The notes under the pieces are model-generated. The model ran no database searches. It saw only the letters and a list, made by a program, of their open reading frames with translations, and had not been told where the DNA came from. Source: Parcubacteria group bacterium Gr01-1014_31 (GTDB taxonomy: Bacteria > Patescibacteriota > Patescibacteriia > Buchananbacterales > GWA2-38-13). Taken from it: 64,000 bases of DNA. Location of the stretch: the NCBI GenBank assembly GCA_007376135.1, contig VMFR01000004.1, positions 21,745 to 85,744 on the forward strand. The letters run 5' to 3'. Below are positions 10,387 through 18,288 of this stretch, piece after piece (position 1 is the first letter of the stretch; every line of letters starts with the position of its first letter). The translations under genes and the position numbers were made by a program.

Positions 10387-12474
10387 TCACTCCAGGTGAA
10401 CGGAGGCCTGCAACGCGACAACCTGCCGTTGCAGCACGGCATGCTGGGCAAGCTCAGGATCTTTGTGGAGAAGGGCTGCCGCCTCGGTCTTGGCCCATTC
10501 CGCCAGGTCCAGGTCGGCTAATGTCGCCAAACGCAAATGGGTAAAACCGGACTGCAGCGTGCCCAACAGCTGCCCCGGCCCCCGAAATTTCAGATCCATC
10601 TCCGCCAGCGCGAACCCGTCCTCAGCCCGCAGGAATGCAGCCAGGCGCTCGATAACCACGGGATTGGTCGCCTCAGTGCAAAGAAAGCAGTGCGACTGGT
10701 AGCCCGAACGGCCTACCCTTCCGCGCAGCTGATGCAGTTGGCTCAGCCCGAACCGTTCGGCTCCTTCGATGACCATGATCGTAGCATTGGGAACGTCGAC
10801 GCCCACTTCCACGACAGTGGTCGTGACCAGCACCGACGTTCGATTCGCCAAAAAATCCGCCATAGTGGCGGCCTTTTTTTCCGCCGAAAGCTTACCATGG
10901 AGCACGCTGACGCGAAGGTCGGGAAAGACCCGCTGCTGCAGCTCCGCCTGCTCGGCAGTGACCGCCTTGACCCCGAACCGATCCGAGAGGTCGATCAACG
11001 GGCAGACCACGAATGCCTGACGCCCCGCCGCCACCTGGCCGCGAATGAACTGGTAGAGTCGCGGGCGCGCCGCGGCGGAAACCAGCTGGGTCATAATGGG
11101 TTTGCGTTCGCGCGGCCGCTGACGGATGGCGGTGATCGAAAGGTCGCCGTAGAGTACCAGTGCCAGCGAACGCGGGATTGGTGTGGCTGTCAACGACAGA
11201 AAATGCGGGCTGACGCCATTTCCCGCGGCGACCAAAAGCTGGCGCTGCTCGACCCCGAACCGATGCTGCTCATCAACCACGGCCAGCGTTAGCCGTTGCC
11301 ACCGCACCGACTCCTGCAGTAACGCATGCGTACCAACCACAAGGTCGAGTTCGCCTCGGCTGAGCATGGCAAGAATTTCCGATTTTTTCAGACGGTCGGA
11401 TCGAGGTGAGGCGGCGTCGCGCAGCTGCACCAATCGCTGGGTCCGGGTGAATAAGCCGACGGCAACCGGAAAACCGCCGAACCACCGGCAAAAAGTTTGG
11501 AAATGCTGGGCCGCCAAGATCTCGGTCGGCGCCATCACCGCGGTCTGCCCGCCGGACAGGGCGACGTTCAACGCGGCGAGGGCAACCACCACCGTCTTGC
11601 CGGCGCCAACATCGCCCTCCAGCAGCCGGTGCATCGGCACTGATCGCTGGAGATCCTGCAAAATTTTCCACGCCGCCACTCGCTGGTCTTGGGTCAACGT
11701 GAACGGAAGCGACCGCACCAGCCGGGCCGTCGCGTCGCGCTGGAACAAAATGGCCTGAGCGGGAACCTGACGCAGCTGCCAGCGCGCCTGCTGCAGCGCC
11801 AGTTGCAGGACGAAAAGTTCTTCGAATTTTAAACGCCGCAATGCCGCCTCGAGATGACGCCGGTGGTCAGGAAAGTGCAGCTGCTGCAAAGACCACGACC
11901 GTGCCGGCAACGCCGTCCGCTTTCGCAGCTCTGACGGCAAGGGGTCAACCACCTCGCGACATGCCGGCAACGCCTGCTGGATCAGGAACCGGATCTGCCG
12001 CTGCGTTAACCCGGTGGTCGTCGGATAAATGGGAACGAGCCGCGCCGTATGGAGCGTAAAACTTTTCTTTTGCTCGAGACTGGGGTTGATGAACTGGAGC
12101 TGATGGAATTCATACGTCACTTGTCCTGCGAGGTACACCTCATCGCCGGGTTTGAACATTCGCGTCAGGTACGGCTGGTTGAACCACACGGCGCTGATCT
12201 CCCCGCTCGCATCGCTAATCACCGCTTCGGTCAGCATCATCCGCCGCCGCGGACTGCGCCGGTTGGTGATGAGCTCGATCTTGCCGCCCACCGTGGCGGT
12301 TATGCCGGCGGATAATTTCGCGATCGGCAGGATCAACCCAAAATCGTCGTAACGAAAAGGATAGTGCCGCAAGAGCTCGGCAACGATTCTTATGCCGAGT
12401 TTGCCAAGTAGGGTCGCGGTTGACCTCCCGACCCTTGTGAGCTGCTCGATCTTTGTATCCAGTGTCAATAGCAT
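10387..12474 (-). CDS. recG: ATP-dependent DNA helicase RecG
   Basis: Wedge OB domain, GDVGAGKT, DEQH, TATPIPR, QLRGRVGR. Confidence 0.96.
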   Translation of the reverse strand: MLLTLDTKIEQLTRVGRSTATLLGKLGIRIVAELLRHYPFRYDDFGLILPIAKLSAGITATVGGKIELITNRRSPRRRMMLTEAVISDASGEISAVWFNQPYLTRMFKPGDEVYLAGQVTYEFHQLQFINPSLEQKKSFTLHTARLVPIYPTTTGLTQRQIRFLIQQALPACREVVDPLPSELRKRTALPARSWSLQQLHFPDHRRHLEAALRRLKFEELFVLQLALQQARWQLRQVPAQAILFQRDATARLVRSLPFTLTQDQRVAAWKILQDLQRSVPMHRLLEGDVGAGKTVVVALAALNVALSGGQTAVMAPTEILAAQHFQTFCRWFGGFPVAVGLFTRTQRLVQLRDAASPRSDRLKKSEILAMLSRGELDLVVGTHALLQESVRWQRLTLAVVDEQHRFGVEQRQLLVAAGNGVSPHFLSLTATPIPRSLALVLYGDLSITAIRQRPRERKPIMTQLVSAAARPRLYQFIRGQVAAGRQAFVVCPLIDLSDRFGVKAVTAEQAELQQRVFPDLRVSVLHGKLSAEKKAATMADFLANRTSVLVTTTVVEVGVDVPNATIMVIEGAERFGLSQLHQLRGRVGRSGYQSHCFLCTEATNPVVIERLAAFLRAEDGFALAEMDLKFRGPGQLLGTLQSGFTHLRLATLADLDLAEWAKTEAAALLHKDPELAQHAVLQRQVVALQASVHLE

Positions 12475-12555
12475 GGAAAGATTCTTTCTCTTTCATCAGT
12501 ATAACAAAAAATACGGAAGACCAAAGCAAAAAACCATGACCAGCGCAGCGGGGAA

Positions 12556-12602
12556 ATAAAAAAAGACCCAAGGTATGGCACGAACTGTGGCATACCTTGG
12601 GC
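12556..12602 (-). terminator. Intrinsic terminator after acyltransferase
   Basis: CCCAAGGTATG...CATACCTTGGG hairpin with an A-run on + (U-tract on -). Confidence 0.65.
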
Positions 12603-12626
12603 ATGAATCCAAGGGGTGGCGGGAAA

Positions 12627-13361
12627 CTACACCGAGGTTTCGTCGGCGAGACGCAGGAGCGACGTGGCAACGTCGCTGGTAATTTCCTCCTTGTGGTCGC
12701 GCCGAGAAAAACGTAATCCCGAACCGACCCGAATTACGACGGTATGCCCGAGAAATTTGGGCACACGGTGGTACAGGACCTTCCGGTCCGGATCATTCGG
12801 CAGCACCGCATCGGTACCATCGACCCAAACCGGCACGACCAGCGCCTGCGTTGTTTGCGCCAGGTACGCTAGCCCTTGTTTGAGCTCGCGCAGGCGTTTT
12901 CCATTCGTGCTCTGAAGAACGGTTCCATTTCCACCCGCCGATGAAGTTCTCCCGCCCTCAGGGAACATCACGACAATACCGCCATCCTCCAGAATGCGCC
13001 GTAAACGGCGCAACGAACGCATTTGCGCTCGGACATCCCCGCGGGGGATAAACACCACGCGCGGCCGCATCCACCACCACCAGAAACCCCCGAAATTGTT
13101 CAGGTCAGGAGTGCTCCATGGGCTGAAAAGGAACGGATGCAGGAGGAACTGCCGCAGAAAAAGAACCGGAAGAATGATGGGCTCCAAGAGCGACGGATGA
13201 TTGGACACCAGGATGACCCCGCGCTGCCACCGCGGGAAACATTCCGGGTGCACCAGCCTGATGAGTCCGCGCCAACGGAGGTACCACACCAGGGCCCCTA
13301 ACACTACCCCCATCGGGTAGGTGAACACCAGAAAGTGCAGAGCTTCGAATAATCTCTTCAT
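12627..13361 (-). CDS. plsC: 1-acyl-sn-glycerol-3-phosphate acyltransferase family protein
   Basis: NHPSLLE (NHxSxxD-like) and FPEGGR motifs. Confidence 0.8.
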   Translation of the reverse strand: MKRLFEALHFLVFTYPMGVVLGALVWYLRWRGLIRLVHPECFPRWQRGVILVSNHPSLLEPIILPVLFLRQFLLHPFLFSPWSTPDLNNFGGFWWWWMRPRVVFIPRGDVRAQMRSLRRLRRILEDGGIVVMFPEGGRTSSAGGNGTVLQSTNGKRLRELKQGLAYLAQTTQALVVPVWVDGTDAVLPNDPDRKVLYHRVPKFLGHTVVIRVGSGLRFSRRDHKEEITSDVATSLLRLADETSV

Positions 13362-13498
13362 GACGCCTCCTCATTGTGAAAGGTCCGCGGAAACGCAGGC
13401 GATACGTTACCACCCGGTCGATAAAAAAACAACCCCGCGCTCTCCTCAGGGGAAAAAATTCTGGAACGGAAAACTCGTGGCGACGCCGTTCCTCGTCC

Positions 13499-13777
13499 TC
13501 TCCCCTTTGCGCCCAATCAGGACTTTCGCCCCACACCTTTTTGGTATGGATGAGGGGTATGTCTTTTTACCTTTGCGCCCGGCAGGGCTCGAACCTGCGG
13601 CCTCAAGGTCCGCAACCTTGCGCTCTGTCCAGCTGAGCTACGGGCGCAAAGGTAAAAAGACAATATGAGAGTACACGGGAAAAAGGTGTGGGGCAAGCCT
13701 GCGAACTTCCCGCCAACGGCGGGACGCTCTGTTCAGCGGAGCCCTGCCGGCAGGCAGCTACGGGCGCAAAGGGGAGA
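13499..13777 (-). pseudogene. Degenerate outer tRNA-Arg copy enclosing the intact tRNA-Arg, with three nested inverted repeats
   Basis: IRs 13499-13514/13762-13777 (16 bp), 13528-13542/13680-13694 (15 bp), 13560-13580/13642-13662 (21 bp). Relic reads GCGCCCGTAGCT..GCTGAACAGAGCG..CGCAGG..AGTCCTGATTGGGCGCA. Confidence 0.75.
13574..13647 (-). tRNA. tRNA-Arg(GCG)
   Basis: GCGCCCGTAGCTCAGCTGGACAGAGCG CAAGG-TTGCGGA-CCTTG AGGCCGCAGGTTCGAGCCCTGCCGGGCGCA; no encoded CCA. Confidence 0.95.
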
Positions 13778-13791
13778 CAACGATCGCACTC

Positions 13792-14301
13792 CTACAATTT
13801 CAATAATCGCGAGATCTGATCCAGGACCGGCTCGTCCTCCCGCCGGAGGTCTTCCGGCAAATAATCCAAGAGCGAATGCCGCGCCGTCACCGGATTCTGC
13901 GGACCCAACGGCAGGGGAAGGTATGGCTTGAACGGATTACGGAACTCCAAGTACAGATTCTTCACCTCGGGCGGCTGGTAAATGATCCAAAAACCTTTCA
14001 ACTCCTGGTAGGAATAAAAGGTTTGACCCACGGCAACGCCGTTATCGGTGATGGCCAAAACCAGCGCCTTGGCCGGCTGACGGCGCATCAGCCCAAAGGT
14101 TAAACCGAACAATACCAGTAATCCGGAGAAAAGGAAATCCCTCGTCCACACCCCGTAGGCGATCAGCAATACGGCAACGACACCGGCGATCACATACCAA
14201 CGGCGGCTGCGCGCCTGCTGGGTTCCATCGTCGCATTGCCACTGGATGATCACCCGACCGATACCTGGAGGCAAACTTGGTGACACTGTCGATTCTGCCA
14301 T
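13792..14301 (-). CDS. Hypothetical membrane protein (2 TM plus soluble C-terminal domain)
   Basis: 169 aa; RSRRWY followed by two hydrophobic helices. Confidence 0.7.
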   Translation of the reverse strand: MAESTVSPSLPPGIGRVIIQWQCDDGTQQARSRRWYVIAGVVAVLLIAYGVWTRDFLFSGLLVLFGLTFGLMRRQPAKALVLAITDNGVAVGQTFYSYQELKGFWIIYQPPEVKNLYLEFRNPFKPYLPLPLGPQNPVTARHSLLDYLPEDLRREDEPVLDQISRLLKL

Positions 14302-14348
14302 ATGCCAAATTCCTTACGCTGCGCGTGGACCAAAATTTCTCATCCAGG

Positions 14349-14432
14349 GCGGTGGGGGTGGGATTCTCTGCCTACGGCAGATCCGCCCGTAACTATCACC
14401 TATGGTGGCGGAGAACCCACGGTACCATTGCT
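14349..14432 (-). pseudogene. tRNA-Ser(TGA) 3' fragment interrupted in the T-loop by REP-like hairpins
   Basis: gcggtgggggtgggattc[tctgcctacggcaga tccgcc...ggcgga]gaacccacggtaccattgct versus 15841 acggagggggtgggattcgaacccacgataccattgct. Confidence 0.75.
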
Positions 14433-14515
14433 TCCTTTTATACTGAGCGGACCACTCGGGTTTGGTACGCGAAATGTATAGGCAGTATAGAGGTTTTTCC
14501 GCTATTTTTCAAGGC

Positions 14516-15613
14516 TCACGATTGAGGCACGTGGGTCGGGGTTACAGAATTATTTTTTAAGGCATCCGCTTCTTTTAATTGAACAGTGCCTTGTAGCATA
14601 TAATATGGTGCAAATGGTGCTAGCTTCTCAATTATCACCTTGCTCTCATCGCCTGTCAGATACTCATTACATAGAATTGCCCAATCTTTCGAATTGAGGT
14701 GGCCGTAAAGCTGTCTGCGGGCAGCGCTTGCTATTGATCGGTTAATGTGATTTACATCATCCCTGGTTAGTAATAAATTGTGGCTGTTTAGAGGGATTCT
14801 CCGGAATGATAAACAATATTTCGGCGAAATCGTTAATAATACTGTGCCATTTAGAACACCACCAGCTATGTGCGGCGGACAGAACGCTGGCTCTTGGGTT
14901 ACAACAGGATTGTCTGAAGTAATGAAATGGCGATTGTGTGGCGCAATAAGTAAGTGCCATGATTTTTTGCTCATTAGAATTTCATAGATTTCCTTACTCA
15001 AATCCATTGCTTGCTTGAAATAGTGCCCTTCTCCCCCCTCCATCGTAATGGAGTATTTATTGGGGTCTTGCATAAATTTTCTCATCTCTTCAAACTCCTC
15101 GTTAGATGAGAAAGATACCCCTGCTTGTTTAAATTTTTCCCTAAGAGAATCTGGATGTTCAGTTTGAATTTTCTGTAACAATTTAATATGTCCAATATCC
15201 ATATTTTTAAGCCATTCATTAAATGATGGCCCCCGTACCCGCAGTAGGGAAACGAAGGCGGCGATATCAGAACGTTCTCTTTCTGTTGCGGGCAGATTTC
15301 CAATCCTAATTATTTCAGCAAGTACAGCGGCTACAGCACCTTCGTGCTCAGCAAATACCCCCTCCATTACCCTGGTCTTTTGGCCGGTATCCTTTTCCTC
15401 AAAAGTGTATAAATCTTTACTTGTGGCAATATTCGCAATGCTAACTAATAGAGGATTATTTCCTGGTTGATACATGTATATCTGATTACCACCTTCGTTT
15501 GCTGCAAAAAATTTTAAGTAAAATTGCGGAATCCAATGATGGCGCTTGGTGTTCTGAGCAATTTTTTCGTACTTCTCTTTAAATTCTTGGAATGACTCAC
15601 TTACATTTTCCAT
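14516..15613 (-). CDS. DUF4238 domain protein (low-GC, probably acquired)
   Basis: HHWIPQFYLKFF and FITSDNPV motifs; visibly AT-rich relative to flanks. Confidence 0.8.
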   Translation of the reverse strand: MENVSESFQEFKEKYEKIAQNTKRHHWIPQFYLKFFAANEGGNQIYMYQPGNNPLLVSIANIATSKDLYTFEEKDTGQKTRVMEGVFAEHEGAVAAVLAEIIRIGNLPATERERSDIAAFVSLLRVRGPSFNEWLKNMDIGHIKLLQKIQTEHPDSLREKFKQAGVSFSSNEEFEEMRKFMQDPNKYSITMEGGEGHYFKQAMDLSKEIYEILMSKKSWHLLIAPHNRHFITSDNPVVTQEPAFCPPHIAGGVLNGTVLLTISPKYCLSFRRIPLNSHNLLLTRDDVNHINRSIASAARRQLYGHLNSKDWAILCNEYLTGDESKVIIEKLAPFAPYYMLQGTVQLKEADALKNNSVTPTHVPQS

Positions 15614-15692
15614 ATGTTATATAGTAGACGCAAATATTATCTATGATAAGACCCAGCTATGCAGCTGGGTCTTATCCGATAAAAAGTTGTTA

Positions 15693-15825
15693 TGGCGATG
15701 GGGCAGGGATTCTCCGCCTTCGGAAGACGACCCGTAGGGTGGAAACCCACCGAACCATTGCTGGTTCAGCAGTTTTTCCGCCTGCGGACTTCGACGGTGA
15801 GCTCAGTCGAACCGCGGATCCGCCG
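15693..15825 (-). pseudogene. Second degenerate tRNA-Ser fragment with REP-like insertions
   Basis: ggcgatggggcagggattc[..]aacccac-cgaaccattgctggttcagcagtttt[tccgcctgcgga..ttcgacggtgagctcagtcgaa]. Confidence 0.65.
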
Positions 15826-15841
15826 TAATGTTCATCGAGAA

Positions 15842-15928
15842 CGGAGGGGGTGGGATTCGAACCCACGATACCATTGCTGGTATAACAGTTTTCAAGACTG
15901 TCCGATTCAACCTCTCTCGCACCCCTCC
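15842..15928 (-). tRNA. tRNA-Ser(TGA)
   Basis: GGAGGGG acceptor stem, ACAGT-CTTGAAA-ACTGT anticodon arm, long variable arm, GGTTCGAATCC. Confidence 0.95.
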
Positions 15929-16022
15929 GTTCTCGATGCTATTACACCATGGAGGCGGAGAAGACCCTCGTGCAACACTCTCGCCCGCCTACCGGCAGGC
16001 AGGCCGCTGGATGCGACCTTCC

Positions 16023-16343
16023 CTAGCGCGCCACCGAATTCTTACGATCCAAAAATCTCGTGACCTGGCCCTCCAATTTATCCACTGACAGATCGAGCGC
16101 TTTATGCAGCGCGTGGCTAGTCGCCTGCGCATACCCTTCATCCCATGACGGCACCCCCAACTGCAGCGTGACCTCGAAGGCGTTGTGGTGACGGAAATAA
16201 ACGGCGTGCACCTGCAGACTGACACTGTCGGGCGGGTAGTGCGAGAGCAATTTCTCGAGCCGGGTCTGCTTCTGGTCCAAATAGGCGCGAAAACCATCTT
16301 TCGCATTCTCAGCGACATCCTGGAACGTGACCGTCACCAACAT
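16023..16343 (-). CDS. HPF/RaiA-like ribosome-associated protein
   Basis: 106 aa; pattern YLDQKQTRLEKLL ... AFEVTLQL ... ALDLSVDKLEGQV fits the S30AE fold. Confidence 0.65.
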   Translation of the reverse strand: MLVTVTFQDVAENAKDGFRAYLDQKQTRLEKLLSHYPPDSVSLQVHAVYFRHHNAFEVTLQLGVPSWDEGYAQATSHALHKALDLSVDKLEGQVTRFLDRKNSVAR

Positions 16344-16363
16344 AGAAAAGAGGGAATTAAAAA

Positions 16364-16788
16364 ACGGAGAGGGTGGGATAGTTCGACGGGCTCACTATTA
16401 TTTACCGCCACTCATACTTCGCCAGGCGCAGTACTTTTACTCAACGTTTTAAGTCGAACAAATTCGCCTGCAATCAACGCTTTCTTCTTTGCAACCGACC
16501 AACCTTTCAATTGTCGCTCGCGTGTTTCTGCTTCTTGGTGGGTTGCAAAGCTCTCAGTGTAAACGAGTCGAACACCAGAAAACTTTTTTGTGAAGTTGGA
16601 ATATCCTCTCATATGTTCGTCCAGTCTTCGTTCGACATTATCGGTCATACCAACGTAAAAAGTTTTCTGGTTGCAAAAAAGAATGTAAACATGCCATAAC
16701 ATACCCCAAATTGTGGGCGTAAAGTACTGAGCCATTCGGCACTGAGCTCATGGCCGAAGTGCCTGTCGAAGTACGGAGAGGGTGGGAT
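16364..16788 (-). mobile_element. GIY-YIG islet bounded by a 16-bp duplication of the tRNA-Ser(GCT) 3' end
   Basis: ACGGAGAGGGTGGGAT at 16364-16379 and 16773-16788; inner REP-like GTTCGACGGGCTCAC and GCCTGTCGAAG. Confidence 0.7.
16412..16735 (-). CDS. Stand-alone GIY-YIG nuclease (start may be 16702)
   Basis: HVYIL..FYVGMT..RRLDEH..LVYTESF..AETRERQLKGWS..KK. Confidence 0.9.
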   Translation of the reverse strand: MAQYFTPTIWGMLWHVYILFCNQKTFYVGMTDNVERRLDEHMRGYSNFTKKFSGVRLVYTESFATHQEAETRERQLKGWSVAKKKALIAGEFVRLKTLSKSTAPGEV

Positions 16789-16860
16789 TCGAACCCACGA
16801 GGGACTTTCATCCCCAACGCCTTAGCACGGCGCCGCTTTCGACCGCTCAGCCACCTCTCC
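16774..16860 (-). tRNA. tRNA-Ser(GCT)
   Basis: GGAGAGG/CCTCTCC-G acceptor stem, GCGCC-GTGCTAA-GGCGT anticodon arm, long variable arm. Confidence 0.92.
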
Positions 16861-16951
16861 CCAGGCGTACTCCGTCAAGGCACGACATCGGCCGTTATTT
16901 TTCCGCGACTGACCGTTTCATCATACCAGAAACGCGGCTTCCTGTCCAGCC

Positions 16952-17665
16952 TTACCCGTGTGCCAGGGCCACGGCGACCACCTCACCGGACCCTGCGTCC
17001 CGCAACGCTTTCGCGCAGGCACGCATCGTGCTGGCGGTCGTGACCACATCGTCCACCAGCAGGACCCGGCGCGGGGCCGCACCGCGGACGACGAACGCTC
17101 CCCTGACGTTATTCTGTCTTATGCGCTGCGGAAGCCCAACCTGCGGACGGGTCGCCCGCCGGCGGAACAGAATATCCTCGCGCAAAGGCCAGCCAAAATG
17201 TTGCGCCACGGGCGCAGCAAGCAGCGCCGCCTGCTGATAGCCACGCGCGAGGAGCCGGCGGCGGTGGAGGGGTATAGGAATGACCGCATCAAATGCGTCC
17301 GACCACGCTGCTGCGTAACGGAGGTGCTCCAGATGTGCAACCAGCAGCCCCGCCAAGGGATTTGCCAGTGCCTGCACCCCGGTGTACTTCAAAGATTCCA
17401 CCGCCTTTACCAAGGTTCCCTGCCGGTACGGACAAGCCGCGAAAAGCTGCGTCAACGGACAGGAGGCGGCGCATACAAAGCACGGCCGGCCATCCGTGGA
17501 CGGCCGTAAACAACCGGGACAAAACCCGCCCGCGCACTGCCGCAGGCCACCCAGGCAGGCTGTACACAGCCAACTGCCCCGCTCCGCGCATCCGACGCAA
17601 TGGGATGGGAACAGTGTTTCCAGAATTTGCTCACGGGCCTTGGCGGCCCATCTCGGTGGGACCAC
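16952..17665 (-). CDS. comF: ComF family protein (zinc ribbon plus PRTase)
   Basis: FPSHCVGC..LCTAC..CPGC..CFVC, RGYQQA, LVDDVVTT. Confidence 0.9.
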   Translation of the reverse strand: MVPPRWAAKAREQILETLFPSHCVGCAERGSWLCTACLGGLRQCAGGFCPGCLRPSTDGRPCFVCAASCPLTQLFAACPYRQGTLVKAVESLKYTGVQALANPLAGLLVAHLEHLRYAAAWSDAFDAVIPIPLHRRRLLARGYQQAALLAAPVAQHFGWPLREDILFRRRATRPQVGLPQRIRQNNVRGAFVVRGAAPRRVLLVDDVVTTASTMRACAKALRDAGSGEVVAVALAHG

Positions 17666-17715
17666 AAAATTCCGCTTGCCGGAAGTGGCGGGCGCTCAGG
17701 CGCGACGCGTTACGC

Positions 17716-18288
17716 TCACTGCCATGAGGCCCCATCGACGCGCCAGCCGGCGGTGTTCTTCAGTAGAGTCACCGTCAATTTTTGGTAAAATTGCTGCCGT
17801 CCCGCACCGGTCCGGGTTTCGGAACGCTGCGTCTGCACCACGATCTGCGCTTCCGTTTCCTCGCCGTTGAGGGCGACGATCTCGGCCGACAGTACTTTGG
17901 TCGTGACGCCGTAGAAGCCGTCACCCAGCAGCAGCTGTTGCTGAGCGGCGCGCGCCGTGGCGGCGAATTGCTCCGTCATCAACGGCTGGAGTTGCTGTAA
18001 ATTCGTGCTCCCGCCGTCCGTGGAAAAACTTCCGTAGCGTTCCGCAAAAGTCTTGGCCAGCGCCTCGAGCGTCGCCTGGGTCTTTGGCTCTTTGGTCACC
18101 GGCGGCTCCACCGGTTGAGTTACCGCGCCCCCCGCGGGCGGCAACGTCGTACCTGCCCCGGGCAAAGGGGACGGCTGCCCCAGACCCGCTGGGCGCGCCG
18201 GGCGAGGAGCGCGCGCCACCAACACCAGCGCCAACACCACCAGCAGCGCCAAGACGATTATAGTGATGATCTTCGTCCGCTTGGTCAT
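17716..18288 (-). CDS. Membrane-anchored hypothetical protein (possible VirB8/NTF2-like)
   Basis: TM, Pro linker, FAERYGSFS...WRVDGASW; overlaps the ATPase stop. Confidence 0.6.
   Translation of the reverse strand: MTKRTKIITIIVLALLVVLALVLVARAPRPARPAGLGQPSPLPGAGTTLPPAGGAVTQPVEPPVTKEPKTQATLEALAKTFAERYGSFSTDGGSTNLQQLQPLMTEQFAATARAAQQQLLLGDGFYGVTTKVLSAEIVALNGEETEAQIVVQTQRSETRTGAGRQQFYQKLTVTLLKNTAGWRVDGASWQ

Noticed and set aside
13499-16860. CRISPR array
   Set aside because: No regularly spaced identical repeats with unique spacers, and no cas genes.
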